64,000 bases of DNA from an uncultured Gemmatimonadales bacterium. GTDB lineage: Bacteria > Gemmatimonadota > Gemmatimonadetes > Gemmatimonadales > GWC2-71-9. The notes under the pieces were generated by a model that saw only the letters and a list, made by a program, of their open reading frames with translations, was not told where the DNA came from and ran no database searches. Where the stretch lies: contig CAVPHS010000001.1 of NCBI GenBank assembly GCA_963704805.1, positions 594,496 to 658,495 of the forward strand. Reading direction: 5' to 3'. The position numbers and the translations under genes are program-made. This document shows positions 18,122 through 26,633 of the stretch, piece by piece (positions within the stretch are counted from its first letter, which is position 1; every line of letters starts with the position of its first letter).

Positions 18122-18420
18122 TTACGCCGTCCTGAACTCCATCCACATCGGTCTGTGATCTGATATGTGGTACTTCACGAAGGTCTTGTAGTCCTTTGTG
18201 CCGCGGGTCTGATAGAGATCGGGGAAGAGCACCTGGTCGTAGTCGAAGACTCCCATTTCCCTGTGAACGCCTGGCCGACAACGCCGGGGAAGAACGCGAT
18301 CTGGTCGTAGTGCGCGCCGAAGCAATCGAAGAGCCAACCTGAGAGGAGCGTCCAGGCACCTGCAGGCCCTTTTTCGTGAGAGCCTTGTAGATCGGATCCG
18401 CGGGGTCACATCAACGAATG
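18122..18420 (-). pseudogene. Remnant of an endonuclease/exonuclease/phosphatase (EEP) family gene
   Basis: Terminal peptide GVFDYDQVLFPDLYQTRGTKDYKTFVKYHISDHRPMWMEFRTA carries the SDHRP motif typical of EEP C-termini. The upstream part is scattered over other frames. Confidence 0.55.
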
Positions 18421-18568
18421 TGCCGCGTTTCCGCCTGTCAGTGCCGCAAAAACGCCCTAGCTCCGCTCGTTCGGCCCCGGCATCATTTCCCTTGTCAGCT
18501 GAGGCCGGAGGAGCACTGCTGGCCGCATTTCGGTCCGGGCGCTACTTAATGTCTCGGAGGGCACCACT

Positions 18569-19111
18569 ATGAACGCGATCAGACATCTCGTCGTCGGATG
18601 GATGCTCACGGCTTTGCTGCCGGTGCAAGCAGCTACAGCCCAAGCTCCCTCTGGCGCCACCGCTCGGTGTCGGGACAGTTCGTATTCGTATAGTACAAAC
18701 CACAGTGGCACGTGCTCGCATCACGGAGGCGTCGCCCAATGGCTCTCGCCGAGCACGGCAGCGCCGGCATCGAAGTCCCGTGATTCTGGCCCGGTTCGCC
18801 AAGGGACTCTTACCGCAGCTCAAGCAAGGGATCACGTGGGCGAGACCGCGACGGTGTGCGGCGTCGTATCGAGCGCGCGGTACGCTGCGTCCAGTCGCGG
18901 TCAGCCGACGTTTCTGAATCTCGATGAACCCTATCCGGCCCAGATTTTCACCATCGTCATCTGGGGATCAGCGCGCGGTGCGTTTACGCAAGCGCCTGAG
19001 GCAGCCTACTACGGCAAGAAGATCTGCGTTACCGGACTCATCGATACGTACCGCGGGAGCCCTCAGATCGTGGTTGGCAATCCCGATGCGATTCGAGTGA
19101 TGACGCACTAG
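18569..19111 (+). CDS. Secreted DUF3761-domain protein
   Basis: Signal peptide, then ATARCRDSSYSYSTNHSGTCSHHGGV, which matches the DUF3761 motif as I recall it. C-terminal beta-rich domain. Confidence 0.65.
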   Translation: MNAIRHLVVGWMLTALLPVQAATAQAPSGATARCRDSSYSYSTNHSGTCSHHGGVAQWLSPSTAAPASKSRDSGPVRQGTLTAAQARDHVGETATVCGVVSSARYAASSRGQPTFLNLDEPYPAQIFTIVIWGSARGAFTQAPEAAYYGKKICVTGLIDTYRGSPQIVVGNPDAIRVMTH

Positions 19112-19148
19112 TCTTGCGTTTCCCATCGCGGGCGAGAGGCGGATCCGT

Positions 19149-19505
19149 ATGAAACTTGCCATGATCGTGGGCACGCTGTGTTTGAGCCTTGTCTCGATTT
19201 CGGGAATGGCCTGGTCCCCTCATCCAGGCGTGGCATCCTGTGATGCCTCCGACTTGAGTGAGATCGTTGGTTACACTGCCGTTACATCGACCAATGTGGT
19301 TGGCGAATTCGAAGGAGCGGACTACGATAAGCCGGTGAAGCTTGACAACGGAATGATCTTCGAGTTCACAGAATACAACTATTCGTACAGCTATCGCCCT
19401 GATGTTATTATCTTCGCTCGGTCCGCAACCATCCAAGACCGTCAAGTCAATTTGTACAAGCTATTGATCGCGGATGAACTCTACGATGTTATTCGCGTGC
19501 GATAG
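19149..19505 (+). CDS. Hypothetical secreted protein
   Basis: MKLAMIVGTLCLSLVSISG signal-like N-terminus. Lower-GC codon usage. No family recognised. Confidence 0.5.
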   Translation: MKLAMIVGTLCLSLVSISGMAWSPHPGVASCDASDLSEIVGYTAVTSTNVVGEFEGADYDKPVKLDNGMIFEFTEYNYSYSYRPDVIIFARSATIQDRQVNLYKLLIADELYDVIRVR

Positions 19506-19937
19506 CCAGTGACGGGGTCGCCAATTCGAGTAGTTCGAAGTGAGTCCGCCCAATCGAGAACGCAGAATTTCGTCGTGAGTTCACCGACCGCATGATGGGA
19601 TACCTCTTTAACCCCGCAACGACGTGAGAGGGAAGACCAGTCGAGTTCGTTGCTAGCTTCCCACCCGCACCCTGAATGCCTTTTGATAACCGTTTCGAAT
19701 CATAGATGACCGATCGTCGTTCAATCGGCGAATGACGGACTCCAAGTCCTGATGAACCTGGCTAATGCACGAATTCGCGTAGTCAGGATCGGCGACGTGA
19801 AAGGGCTGGACCAGGAATGGGCCAGTCGATGGCTGAATCTGGCCGCGACATGACTGGTCGAGCTCAGGTAGGTAAACGGACGTCTGGATTGTCGACCTGC
19901 AGTTGACACAGTCTGAAACGACTGTAATTCATATCGT

Positions 19938-20300
19938 GTGGCTATTCCTCGGTGGGTCAAGTCTCTCGTCGTCTACCTATCCGGGGGTACCCTTGCCATC
20001 GGGTCGGTCTCATCTGTCGCGGTCGCGCAAAACCCGAAACCAAAGCCACCCGTCGAAAAAGATTCGACAAGAATCCTCATTGATTCCGGGTACACGCGTT
20101 TGGGAGAGAAGTTTCTCCTCACCCGTGCCGACTCTCTCGTGGTTCGTGCAAATGGTGACACCGCGCACTTTAAGCGGAGCCACCCGACGACGGGCCACGC
20201 GTCGCACGCGTCGCACGCGTCTCACGCCTCACATGCCTCACACGCCTCGCACTCATCGCACTCCTCACACTCGTCCCATTCCTCGGGCGGCTGGATCTGA
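19938..20300 (+). CDS. hxsA: His-Xaa-Ser repeat precursor protein (HxsA-like)
   Basis: 120 aa, GTG start, signal-like N-terminus. C-terminus is GHASHASHASHASHASHASHSSHSSHSSHSSGGWI: 6x HAS plus 4x HSS. Confidence 0.8.
   Translation: MAIPRWVKSLVVYLSGGTLAIGSVSSVAVAQNPKPKPPVEKDSTRILIDSGYTRLGEKFLLTRADSLVVRANGDTAHFKRSHPTTGHASHASHASHASHASHASHSSHSSHSSHSSGGWI
20196..20285 (+). repeat. Ten tandem 9-nt His-Xaa-Ser coding repeats
   Basis: cacgcgtcg-type units read directly. Codon choice varies between units, so conservation is at the peptide level. Confidence 0.9.
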
Positions 20301-20307
20301 CCTGCCG

Positions 20308-20652
20308 GTGAGTACCAACGATGGGGCTCCAGCTTTCGAAACAGTCGAGAGGACGGACGATTTCGTTCTACTGCGGGTCGATACTAAGCTGTATGCTCGC
20401 GAGTCCCTCTTCCGCGCGTGCTACCAGTTCACCGATCGTTGTTACTTGTTTCTGCGCTCTGATGGCGACAACGCGATCGTCGTCGAGATTCGTCGTAGAC
20501 CCGCGTCCGCGCCGCTCGGCGAACTGCTTGGTGACTTCGGCAACGAGCTCCTGAATCAACAAGTCCGGACCGACATTGCGCGAGAAACCCGCGCGATTCG
20601 GGAGATGATCGTTGCCCAGGCGTTCCGAGAGTCCGATTTGCATGCGGGGTAG
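20308..20652 (+). CDS. hxsD: HxsD-like small protein
   Basis: In-frame GTG at 20308. FVLLRVDTKLYARESLFRACYQFTDRCYLFL...GNELLNQQVRTDIARETRAIREMIVAQAF resembles the LLNDYxLRE-motif family named HxsD in TIGRFAMs (from memory). Confidence 0.65.
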   Translation: MSTNDGAPAFETVERTDDFVLLRVDTKLYARESLFRACYQFTDRCYLFLRSDGDNAIVVEIRRRPASAPLGELLGDFGNELLNQQVRTDIARETRAIREMIVAQAFRESDLHAG

Positions 20653-20872
20653 GAGCGTGGTGCTGTCTCATACGATCTACCCGCGATCGGCATTGGAATC
20701 GGCGCGGTCAGCCTTTGCGGGGCTGTGTGACATCGATGTACGGAGTGACGGAGCGGATGTGCGTGTAACGATATCGGCCCGGGATGGCGCGCCCCTTGAA
20801 GCGGTTGATGAGTTCCTGTCATACGTGCTCTCGGCGGCGATTGAGTCTCACCTCGCCAGCTCGACTCAATGA
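20642..20872 (+). CDS. Second HxsD-like small protein (diverged paralogue)
   Basis: VVLSHTIYPRSALESARSAFAGLCDIDVRSDGADVRVTI..AVDEFLSYVLSAAIE parallels the N-terminal two-thirds of 20308..20652. Its start overlaps the previous stop, and its stop overlaps the next ATG (ATGA). Confidence 0.5.
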   Translation: MRGRSVVLSHTIYPRSALESARSAFAGLCDIDVRSDGADVRVTISARDGAPLEAVDEFLSYVLSAAIESHLASSTQ

Positions 20873-22365
20873 CGAAGGTGGTCTTTCATCCTCCCGCTCG
20901 CTATGCCGGGCCTGGGGACTATGAGCTTTTGCCATTTCGCTTCATTGATCTGGACGATCGCAAGGTCGTCGTCAACGAAGTCGGCGAGTACGAACTGCTC
21001 GACCAGAACGCGTTCCAGCAGTTCGTAAGACACTCGCTCTCTCCGACCTCGGACACCTATCGCAACCTCAAGGCCAAGCATTTCCTCCGGGACCCAGAGT
21101 CGTTGGTCCCGCTTAGACTTCTGTCCACCAAATACAGGACCAAGCGCGCGTTTCTAGAGGGGTTTACTAGGCTCCACATCTTCGTCGTCACGCTGCGGTG
21201 CGATCACTCCTGTCACTATTGCCAGGTGTCGCGCGTCAGCATGAACCGCTCAAAGTACGACATGTCACCAGAGTCCGCGCGAGCGGCGCTCGATTGGGTG
21301 TTTCGCTCCCCCTCCCGATATCTCAAGATCGAATTCCAAGGCGGCGAGCCGCTGCTCAATATCGAGCTCATCAGAGACATTACAGAGGAGGCGAAGCGGC
21401 GGGCCGTGGCCTCGGAGAAAGAGGTTGAGTTCGTCGTGGCAACGAACCTTTCCTTCCTGAGCGACGACATTCTGGCGTTCCTGAAGGCGCATAACATCGG
21501 CATCTCGACATCCCTCGATGGGCCCGCATTCATCCACAACGTCAACCGCCCTCGGCCTGGTAATGACGCTCACGAAACGACGGTGCGCGGCATAGCCCGG
21601 GCGCGAGCAGCCCTCGGACGGGGTGCTGTTTCAGCCTTGATGACAACGACACGGCTGAGTCTTGAGCATCCCGAGGCGATCGTGGATGAATACATCAAGC
21701 AAGGTTTTGACCGAATCTTCCTGCGCCCCATCAGTCCGTATGGGTTTGCGGTGCGGACGCAGCAGAAGACCGGCTATGACGTGCAGGCCTTCCTGGAGTT
21801 CTACAAACGCGCGTTAGATCGAGTGATTGCGATCAATCGGAGCGGCAAATGGATGGTCGAGATCTACGCGCGCATTTTGCTGACAAAAATCCTGACTCCC
21901 TTCGCTACAGGCTATGTCGACCTGCAATCGCCGGCTGGCGCTGGAGTTAGCGTTGCGGTCTACAGCTACGATGGCGACGTCTATGCAACGGACGAATCGC
22001 GGATGCTCGCCGAGATGGGCGACCGCACCTTTCGTTTAGGCAACGTTCATTCGAACAGTTATGAAGAGGTGTTCGGCGGTCCACTGCTGAGGTCCCTCGT
22101 CGCGGCCTCCTGTGTCGAGTCCCTTCCCGGTTGCTCAGACTGTGCATTCCAAACCTTTTGCGGCGCGGATCCCGTGGAAAACTACGCCACCCAGGGGGAT
22201 GTCTTCGGCCATCGACCGACGAGTCGCTTCTGTGCTCGGAATATGGAGATCATCAGGCATCTACTCCGTCTATACCACAGCGGAGATGCGTTCATTCAAC
22301 AGTTGTTTTGGAGCTGGGTCGAAAACGTGCCGGTGGATTCCCTTACGGAACGCTTACCAAACTAA
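20869..22365 (+). CDS. hxsB: Radical SAM/SPASM maturase (HxsB-like)
   Basis: CDHSCHYCQ (CxxxCxxC) and GGEPLL. C-terminal Cys-rich SPASM-like region CVESLPGCSDCAFQTFCGADP. Confidence 0.8.
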   Translation: MTKVVFHPPARYAGPGDYELLPFRFIDLDDRKVVVNEVGEYELLDQNAFQQFVRHSLSPTSDTYRNLKAKHFLRDPESLVPLRLLSTKYRTKRAFLEGFTRLHIFVVTLRCDHSCHYCQVSRVSMNRSKYDMSPESARAALDWVFRSPSRYLKIEFQGGEPLLNIELIRDITEEAKRRAVASEKEVEFVVATNLSFLSDDILAFLKAHNIGISTSLDGPAFIHNVNRPRPGNDAHETTVRGIARARAALGRGAVSALMTTTRLSLEHPEAIVDEYIKQGFDRIFLRPISPYGFAVRTQQKTGYDVQAFLEFYKRALDRVIAINRSGKWMVEIYARILLTKILTPFATGYVDLQSPAGAGVSVAVYSYDGDVYATDESRMLAEMGDRTFRLGNVHSNSYEEVFGGPLLRSLVAASCVESLPGCSDCAFQTFCGADPVENYATQGDVFGHRPTSRFCARNMEIIRHLLRLYHSGDAFIQQLFWSWVENVPVDSLTERLPN

Positions 22366-22367
22366 CG

Positions 22368-23585
22368 ATGCGCTTATGGTCAGCTGGGCAGGCACACGGC
22401 ATCACGCGGCCAGTGCTGGGCAGAGTTACGACGCAGCCAGTACCCGAGGGCGAACGTCACGACTTCATCGCGTATGGGAGCGAAACCGAGCTAGCCCGTT
22501 TCGGACCTGAGCTCGCTCGCTATCCGGGTGTCCTGTGTCGCGGCTCCCTGGGCGCCATCCCCAAGACAGCGGTCATTCATTCGGCCCCCCATCTGGAATA
22601 CTTGTCTGATGGTGACGTCGTTCGACTGTCGCCGGACGGAACGATCAACGTGCTGTATCGGCGCTCTTCACACTACAACACGATTCTCACCACGGAGCGC
22701 TGCAACAGTTTCTGCCTGATGTGTTCGCAGCCACCCAAACCAGCGGACGACTCATACCGCGTTGCCATGATTCTGCGCCTGCTCGAGCTCATCGACCTAG
22801 AGGCGATCGAATTGATCATCAGCGGCGGTGAACCAACGCTCCTGGGCGGACGCTTTCTGGATATCATCGAGAAAGCCAGGGTGACCCTGCCAAGGACAGC
22901 CCTGCACGTTTTGACGAACGGTCGGCACTTCAAGAGCAAAGACTTTGCACGTCGCCTCGCGGATATCGATCACCATGATTTGATGCTGGGCATTCCGCTC
23001 TACTCCGACATTCCCGAACTGCACGACTACGTCGTCCAAGCGTCCAATGCGTTTGATGAGACGCTCGAAGGGTTCTACAACCTGGCGGCGACAGGAGTGC
23101 GGCTGGAGCTACGTGTTGTTTTGCATAAACAAACCTGCGAACGCCTACCCCGACTGGCTGAGTTCGTGACCCGGAATCTCCCTTTCGTCGAGCACGTCGC
23201 ACTCATGGGGCTCGAGATGTTCGGGTTCACTCCGCGTAATCTGGACGTGCTGTGGATCGACCCTGCAGACTACGCGCCGCAACTCGAAGAGGCCACTTTG
23301 ACGTTGGCCACGAGAGGAATGAACGTTTCGATCTACAATCATCAGCTCTGCACGATTCCGCGATCGCTCTGGCCGTACGCACGAAAGTCCATATCTGACT
23401 GGAAGAATGTGTACCTGGACGTCTGCGCTTCGTGTGGAGTGAAGGACTTCTGCGGTGGATTCTTCCAGTCTGCGACCAAGAAGCACAGCGCTCACATAGC
23501 GCCCTGTGCGGCGTTAACAGGCAGGGCACTTAACTACATGCGCAAGCTCCACAGCCTGGATTCCGCTGCGACGCGGGTGAACTAA
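22368..23585 (+). CDS. hxsC: Radical SAM protein (HxsC-like)
   Basis: CNSFCLMCSQ (CxxxCxxC) and SGGEPTLL. C-terminal CASCGVKDFCGG. ATG lies 3 nt after the HxsB stop. The listed start at 22131 overlaps hxsB and is rejected. Confidence 0.75.
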   Translation: MRLWSAGQAHGITRPVLGRVTTQPVPEGERHDFIAYGSETELARFGPELARYPGVLCRGSLGAIPKTAVIHSAPHLEYLSDGDVVRLSPDGTINVLYRRSSHYNTILTTERCNSFCLMCSQPPKPADDSYRVAMILRLLELIDLEAIELIISGGEPTLLGGRFLDIIEKARVTLPRTALHVLTNGRHFKSKDFARRLADIDHHDLMLGIPLYSDIPELHDYVVQASNAFDETLEGFYNLAATGVRLELRVVLHKQTCERLPRLAEFVTRNLPFVEHVALMGLEMFGFTPRNLDVLWIDPADYAPQLEEATLTLATRGMNVSIYNHQLCTIPRSLWPYARKSISDWKNVYLDVCASCGVKDFCGGFFQSATKKHSAHIAPCAALTGRALNYMRKLHSLDSAATRVN

Positions 23586-24904
23586 TGCTGCGTGTCGAAG
23601 GGTTGGGCTCGTTTGTGGACCGCACTGCAGAAGATACCCTCCCCCAAAGACGTATCGCGGGCGTATCGATTTCAGTGGCCCACCAGGGGATGCTCCTATA
23701 TGCGGATGGTCATGGTTACGCGAACCTCATAGAGGGTACGAAGGCAACAGCGTCAACGGTGTACAGTCTAGGGTCGATGACAAAGCAGTTCACGGCGGTT
23801 GCGGTGCTGCAGCTCGTCGAGCGAGGACGCATTGCGTTGGATGCTTCGATCGGCTCGGCGCTCCCACTAAAGAAACCGTCGAGATCTGCGGTCCCGATCC
23901 GCCATTTGTTGTCGCACACAGCCGGCATTCGTGCCGACGTGGAGCTGGCGATGCTTGCCGATTCGCGTGGCCCCAATGCCATGTCTCGAGATGCAGCTTT
24001 GTCGCTGTTCACTGACGATGTATTCGATGCGGGGCCGGGTGAGGTGTGGCGGTACAGCAACTTTGGGTACTACCTGTTGGGGCTGTTGATTGAAGAAATC
24101 GCCGGAATGAGCTACTCGGACTATCTCAAGACAGAGATTCTCCACCCGGCTGGCCTGACCAACACGACGTGCGGCGCCGAGTCAGTTCCCATGGGATTGC
24201 TCGCCCAGGGCTACGCCGAGCGGCAGGGTGAATTCGCTTCGGTCGATACGCCGGCGACCAGCCAGACGTTCTCTTCCGGCGCGCTCTTTTCAAACGTGCT
24301 GGACCTTCAAATGTGGCGGGCTGCCATCGAAGATGGGCGGCTGATCCAGACCAGCACGTATCGACAAATGACCAGTCCAGCTGTTCTACTGAACGGCGAG
24401 GCAACCAGCTATGGGCTCGGACTCTTCCTTGGGGCTTGCGGGCCATTTCGTGAGATCGGCCATGACGGCACTAGCGGCGGATTCTCTGGGCAGGCTGCGT
24501 ACTACCCAGATGTAGACCTGTCCGTTGTTGTGTTAATGAATTCCGAACGACACGAAGCAGAGCGGCTCGAGAAGATGATCAGTCGGCGTGTGTTAGGCGT
24601 CTCGGAGCCCACGGCCCAGAATCAGAAGATGATTGTCTCGGAAGGTGAGCTAGTTAAGTATACAGGCATCTATCTACATAAGGGTCTTGAACTGCCTGTT
24701 GAGACACAGGAGTCCGGTCTTGTTATCGTCATTCCAAACAGACGAATTCTGCCCCTGACGTATCAGGGCAATAACATGTTTGTGGAAGCTGACGATCCAT
24801 CCATCCAAATTGAATTCATGGTCCAGTCGGCACGCGCAGACGGCTTTGTCGTGTCGAGGGAAGGTAAGACGATTGCGAATGCCCGCCGCTTATCAGGCAG
24901 TTGA
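23585..24904 (+). CDS. Serine hydrolase (beta-lactamase/DD-peptidase fold), translationally coupled to hxsC
   Basis: SMTKQFTAV (SxxK) and YSNFGY. The ATG overlaps the hxsC TAA by 1 nt (aacTAATGctg). Confidence 0.8.
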   Translation: MLRVEGLGSFVDRTAEDTLPQRRIAGVSISVAHQGMLLYADGHGYANLIEGTKATASTVYSLGSMTKQFTAVAVLQLVERGRIALDASIGSALPLKKPSRSAVPIRHLLSHTAGIRADVELAMLADSRGPNAMSRDAALSLFTDDVFDAGPGEVWRYSNFGYYLLGLLIEEIAGMSYSDYLKTEILHPAGLTNTTCGAESVPMGLLAQGYAERQGEFASVDTPATSQTFSSGALFSNVLDLQMWRAAIEDGRLIQTSTYRQMTSPAVLLNGEATSYGLGLFLGACGPFREIGHDGTSGGFSGQAAYYPDVDLSVVVLMNSERHEAERLEKMISRRVLGVSEPTAQNQKMIVSEGELVKYTGIYLHKGLELPVETQESGLVIVIPNRRILPLTYQGNNMFVEADDPSIQIEFMVQSARADGFVVSREGKTIANARRLSGS

Positions 24905-24912
24905 ACCTGGCC

Positions 24913-26211
24913 TCACCTGCCTAATACTGAAAGAATTGCGCTAGCCCGATACGCGTCTGGCGTGGTGATGAATAGAGCGGAACCTGAACCGTCCTTAGTC
25001 AGCGCAAGCAGATTACGATCATAATCGAGCTGAACATGGAGCAACTTCTTTAGGGGAATGGACGTCGTCCCATCATGGATCAGCAGGAGTCGTTTGTCGG
25101 TGATGAGCAAGGCCCCTTCCTTCTCAATTACCGGGGCGCGGACCTTGTATCGCTGACCGGCGCTCTGAAAGGACCGCACCGTTTTGATTTTTAGCAGCCG
25201 CGCGTCGCCTTCGTAATAACAGACCTCACCCTCGGGAAGCGAGACACTTGGCTTAATCGGTTCAAGGGCTCCGCTGAGAATAGACCTTATCTGTTTGAGA
25301 TGCACGACGAATCCAAGCTCCGGAAGAACTGCGTGCTCGTCGATCTCCAGTTCTTCTCTGATGTGTCGTAGCGCGTCCTCCTCTTCCTCGGTGAGTTCAT
25401 GATCAGCGACGCATTCTAGGTAAACTCTTCGAAAAACATTCAAGTGCGATTCGTGCAAGAACTCTTCCGTCAAGCTGCACAATTGGCTTATCTGACGAAG
25501 GAGGGTTTTTTCTTCATCGGAAACCCGACCGTCCGTCACGATCGTTTCGAGGGCATTCAGGTAAGAGGTCTTCCCATAGTATTCCCGATCGGAGTCTGTG
25601 ACGCGCGGATCGCTAATTGCAGATCGGAGCTCAGCCATCTCTGTCGGGGACAGTTCTCTGGTGGTTGAGAATCTCTCAGCGAGCCGCGTGCCGAGTGCTG
25701 CACCTCGACGATTCTTCCTCCAGGCATGAATCATTGGGGCAGGCCAGAGGGAGAGCAGAGCGGCGAGTACCACAGTTGCGATTGTGCGAACTTGGGGACT
25801 AAGAAGGGCTTGATTGCGCAGTATTGCACCGCCAATCACGGCGAGAGTTGGCAAAAGAAGATAAACGGCTATGCTAAGTGTCTTTCGCCGCAGTGTTGAT
25901 TCCAGAGTGGGGAGGGATGAGGACGGGATACTCGCGAGAGGGTAAGTGACATTGGCATCCCCGCTAATCGTAAACGGATCCTCCGGTTCTGATACACCAG
26001 CCTCCGATAGTCTATTGGCACTCGGATTTGAAGCACTGCCGAGCGATTGTCGGAAATACAGACCACCACGCCCCGCGTGCACGTAACCACGCCCGGTCGA
26101 CGTAATACCAATACGCGCTCCGGGAACACCAACGGACAGTCCCAGTCCGCTCTTGGAGAGATTCAGACGCAGAGGTCCTGCACTGAAACTCTTGCGAAGG
26201 TAGAAGCCCAC
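24913..26211 (-). CDS. DUF4236-domain membrane protein with TerB-like motifs and C-terminal bacterial PH-like domain
   Basis: N-terminus MGFYLRKSFSAGPLRLNLSKSGLGLSVGVPGARIG (DUF4236). Two TM helices. DGRVSDEEKTLLRQI and ELTEEEEDALRHI motifs. Tail LLITDKRLLLIHDG. Domain calls other than DUF4236 are tentative. Confidence 0.6.
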   Translation of the reverse strand: MGFYLRKSFSAGPLRLNLSKSGLGLSVGVPGARIGITSTGRGYVHAGRGGLYFRQSLGSASNPSANRLSEAGVSEPEDPFTISGDANVTYPLASIPSSSLPTLESTLRRKTLSIAVYLLLPTLAVIGGAILRNQALLSPQVRTIATVVLAALLSLWPAPMIHAWRKNRRGAALGTRLAERFSTTRELSPTEMAELRSAISDPRVTDSDREYYGKTSYLNALETIVTDGRVSDEEKTLLRQISQLCSLTEEFLHESHLNVFRRVYLECVADHELTEEEEDALRHIREELEIDEHAVLPELGFVVHLKQIRSILSGALEPIKPSVSLPEGEVCYYEGDARLLKIKTVRSFQSAGQRYKVRAPVIEKEGALLITDKRLLLIHDGTTSIPLKKLLHVQLDYDRNLLALTKDGSGSALFITTPDAYRASAILSVLGR

Positions 26212-26309
26212 GGGTGAAGTGCCTCAGTAGTACAAGAAAACAGGGCGACAAGTGTTTCCGAGTTGCTGTGCCAATTCGGAGCCTAGCTCAAAATCGCAGC
26301 CGTCGACAC

Positions 26310-26513
26310 TCACCTATTGCACGCACACCCCGGCCCGACGTTGCACGTCGCTGTTGCCGCGATACATGTGTCGCCGCACGCCTTCCCAGTCGAGCAGACC
26401 TTACAGCAACCCGGTCCTGTTCCATTTCCACAAGCTGCGGTGAGTGGTGGACCACTTGCGGCCCCGAGCGCGAACAGAAGCGATCCGATAAGACGCAGTT
26501 TCTTCCAAAGCAT
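26310..26513 (-). CDS. Small secreted cysteine-rich protein (7-Cys module)
   Basis: MLWKKLRLIGSLLFALGAASG signal, then CCKVCSTGKACGDTCIAATATCNVGPGCACNR. The same Cys spacing occurs in the tail of 27649..28662. Confidence 0.6.
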   Translation of the reverse strand: MLWKKLRLIGSLLFALGAASGPPLTAACGNGTGPGCCKVCSTGKACGDTCIAATATCNVGPGCACNR

Positions 26514-26633
26514 GGTCGCGTTCCTCCCAAACGAAACCTGCGTTAGCGCGCTGCCCGACGCTCGCCGACGTGCGCCTGGAGCCGTGACGCGCAGTTGCGC
26601 AATCTCTCTGGTCAAGAGTTCCCATTAAAACGC

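Noticed and set aside
19903-19930. Sigma70-like promoter TTGACA-N16-TAATTC just upstream of hxsA
   Set aside because: The hexamers are present, but the -10 ends only 7 nt before the GTG start. That implies a leaderless GTG mRNA, which is unusual, so the signal is too weak to annotate.
19903-20652. 249-aa ORF spanning hxsA and hxsD
   Set aside because: Its first half is the off-frame reading of hxsA (the repeat reads RRTRRTR..PHMPHTPRTH). Only the part from GTG 20308 (HxsD-like) is credible.
22131-22367. Upstream extension of hxsC overlapping hxsB by 235 nt
   Set aside because: An ATG at 22368, 3 nt after the hxsB stop, gives a normal operon junction. The extension has no rSAM-like sequence.
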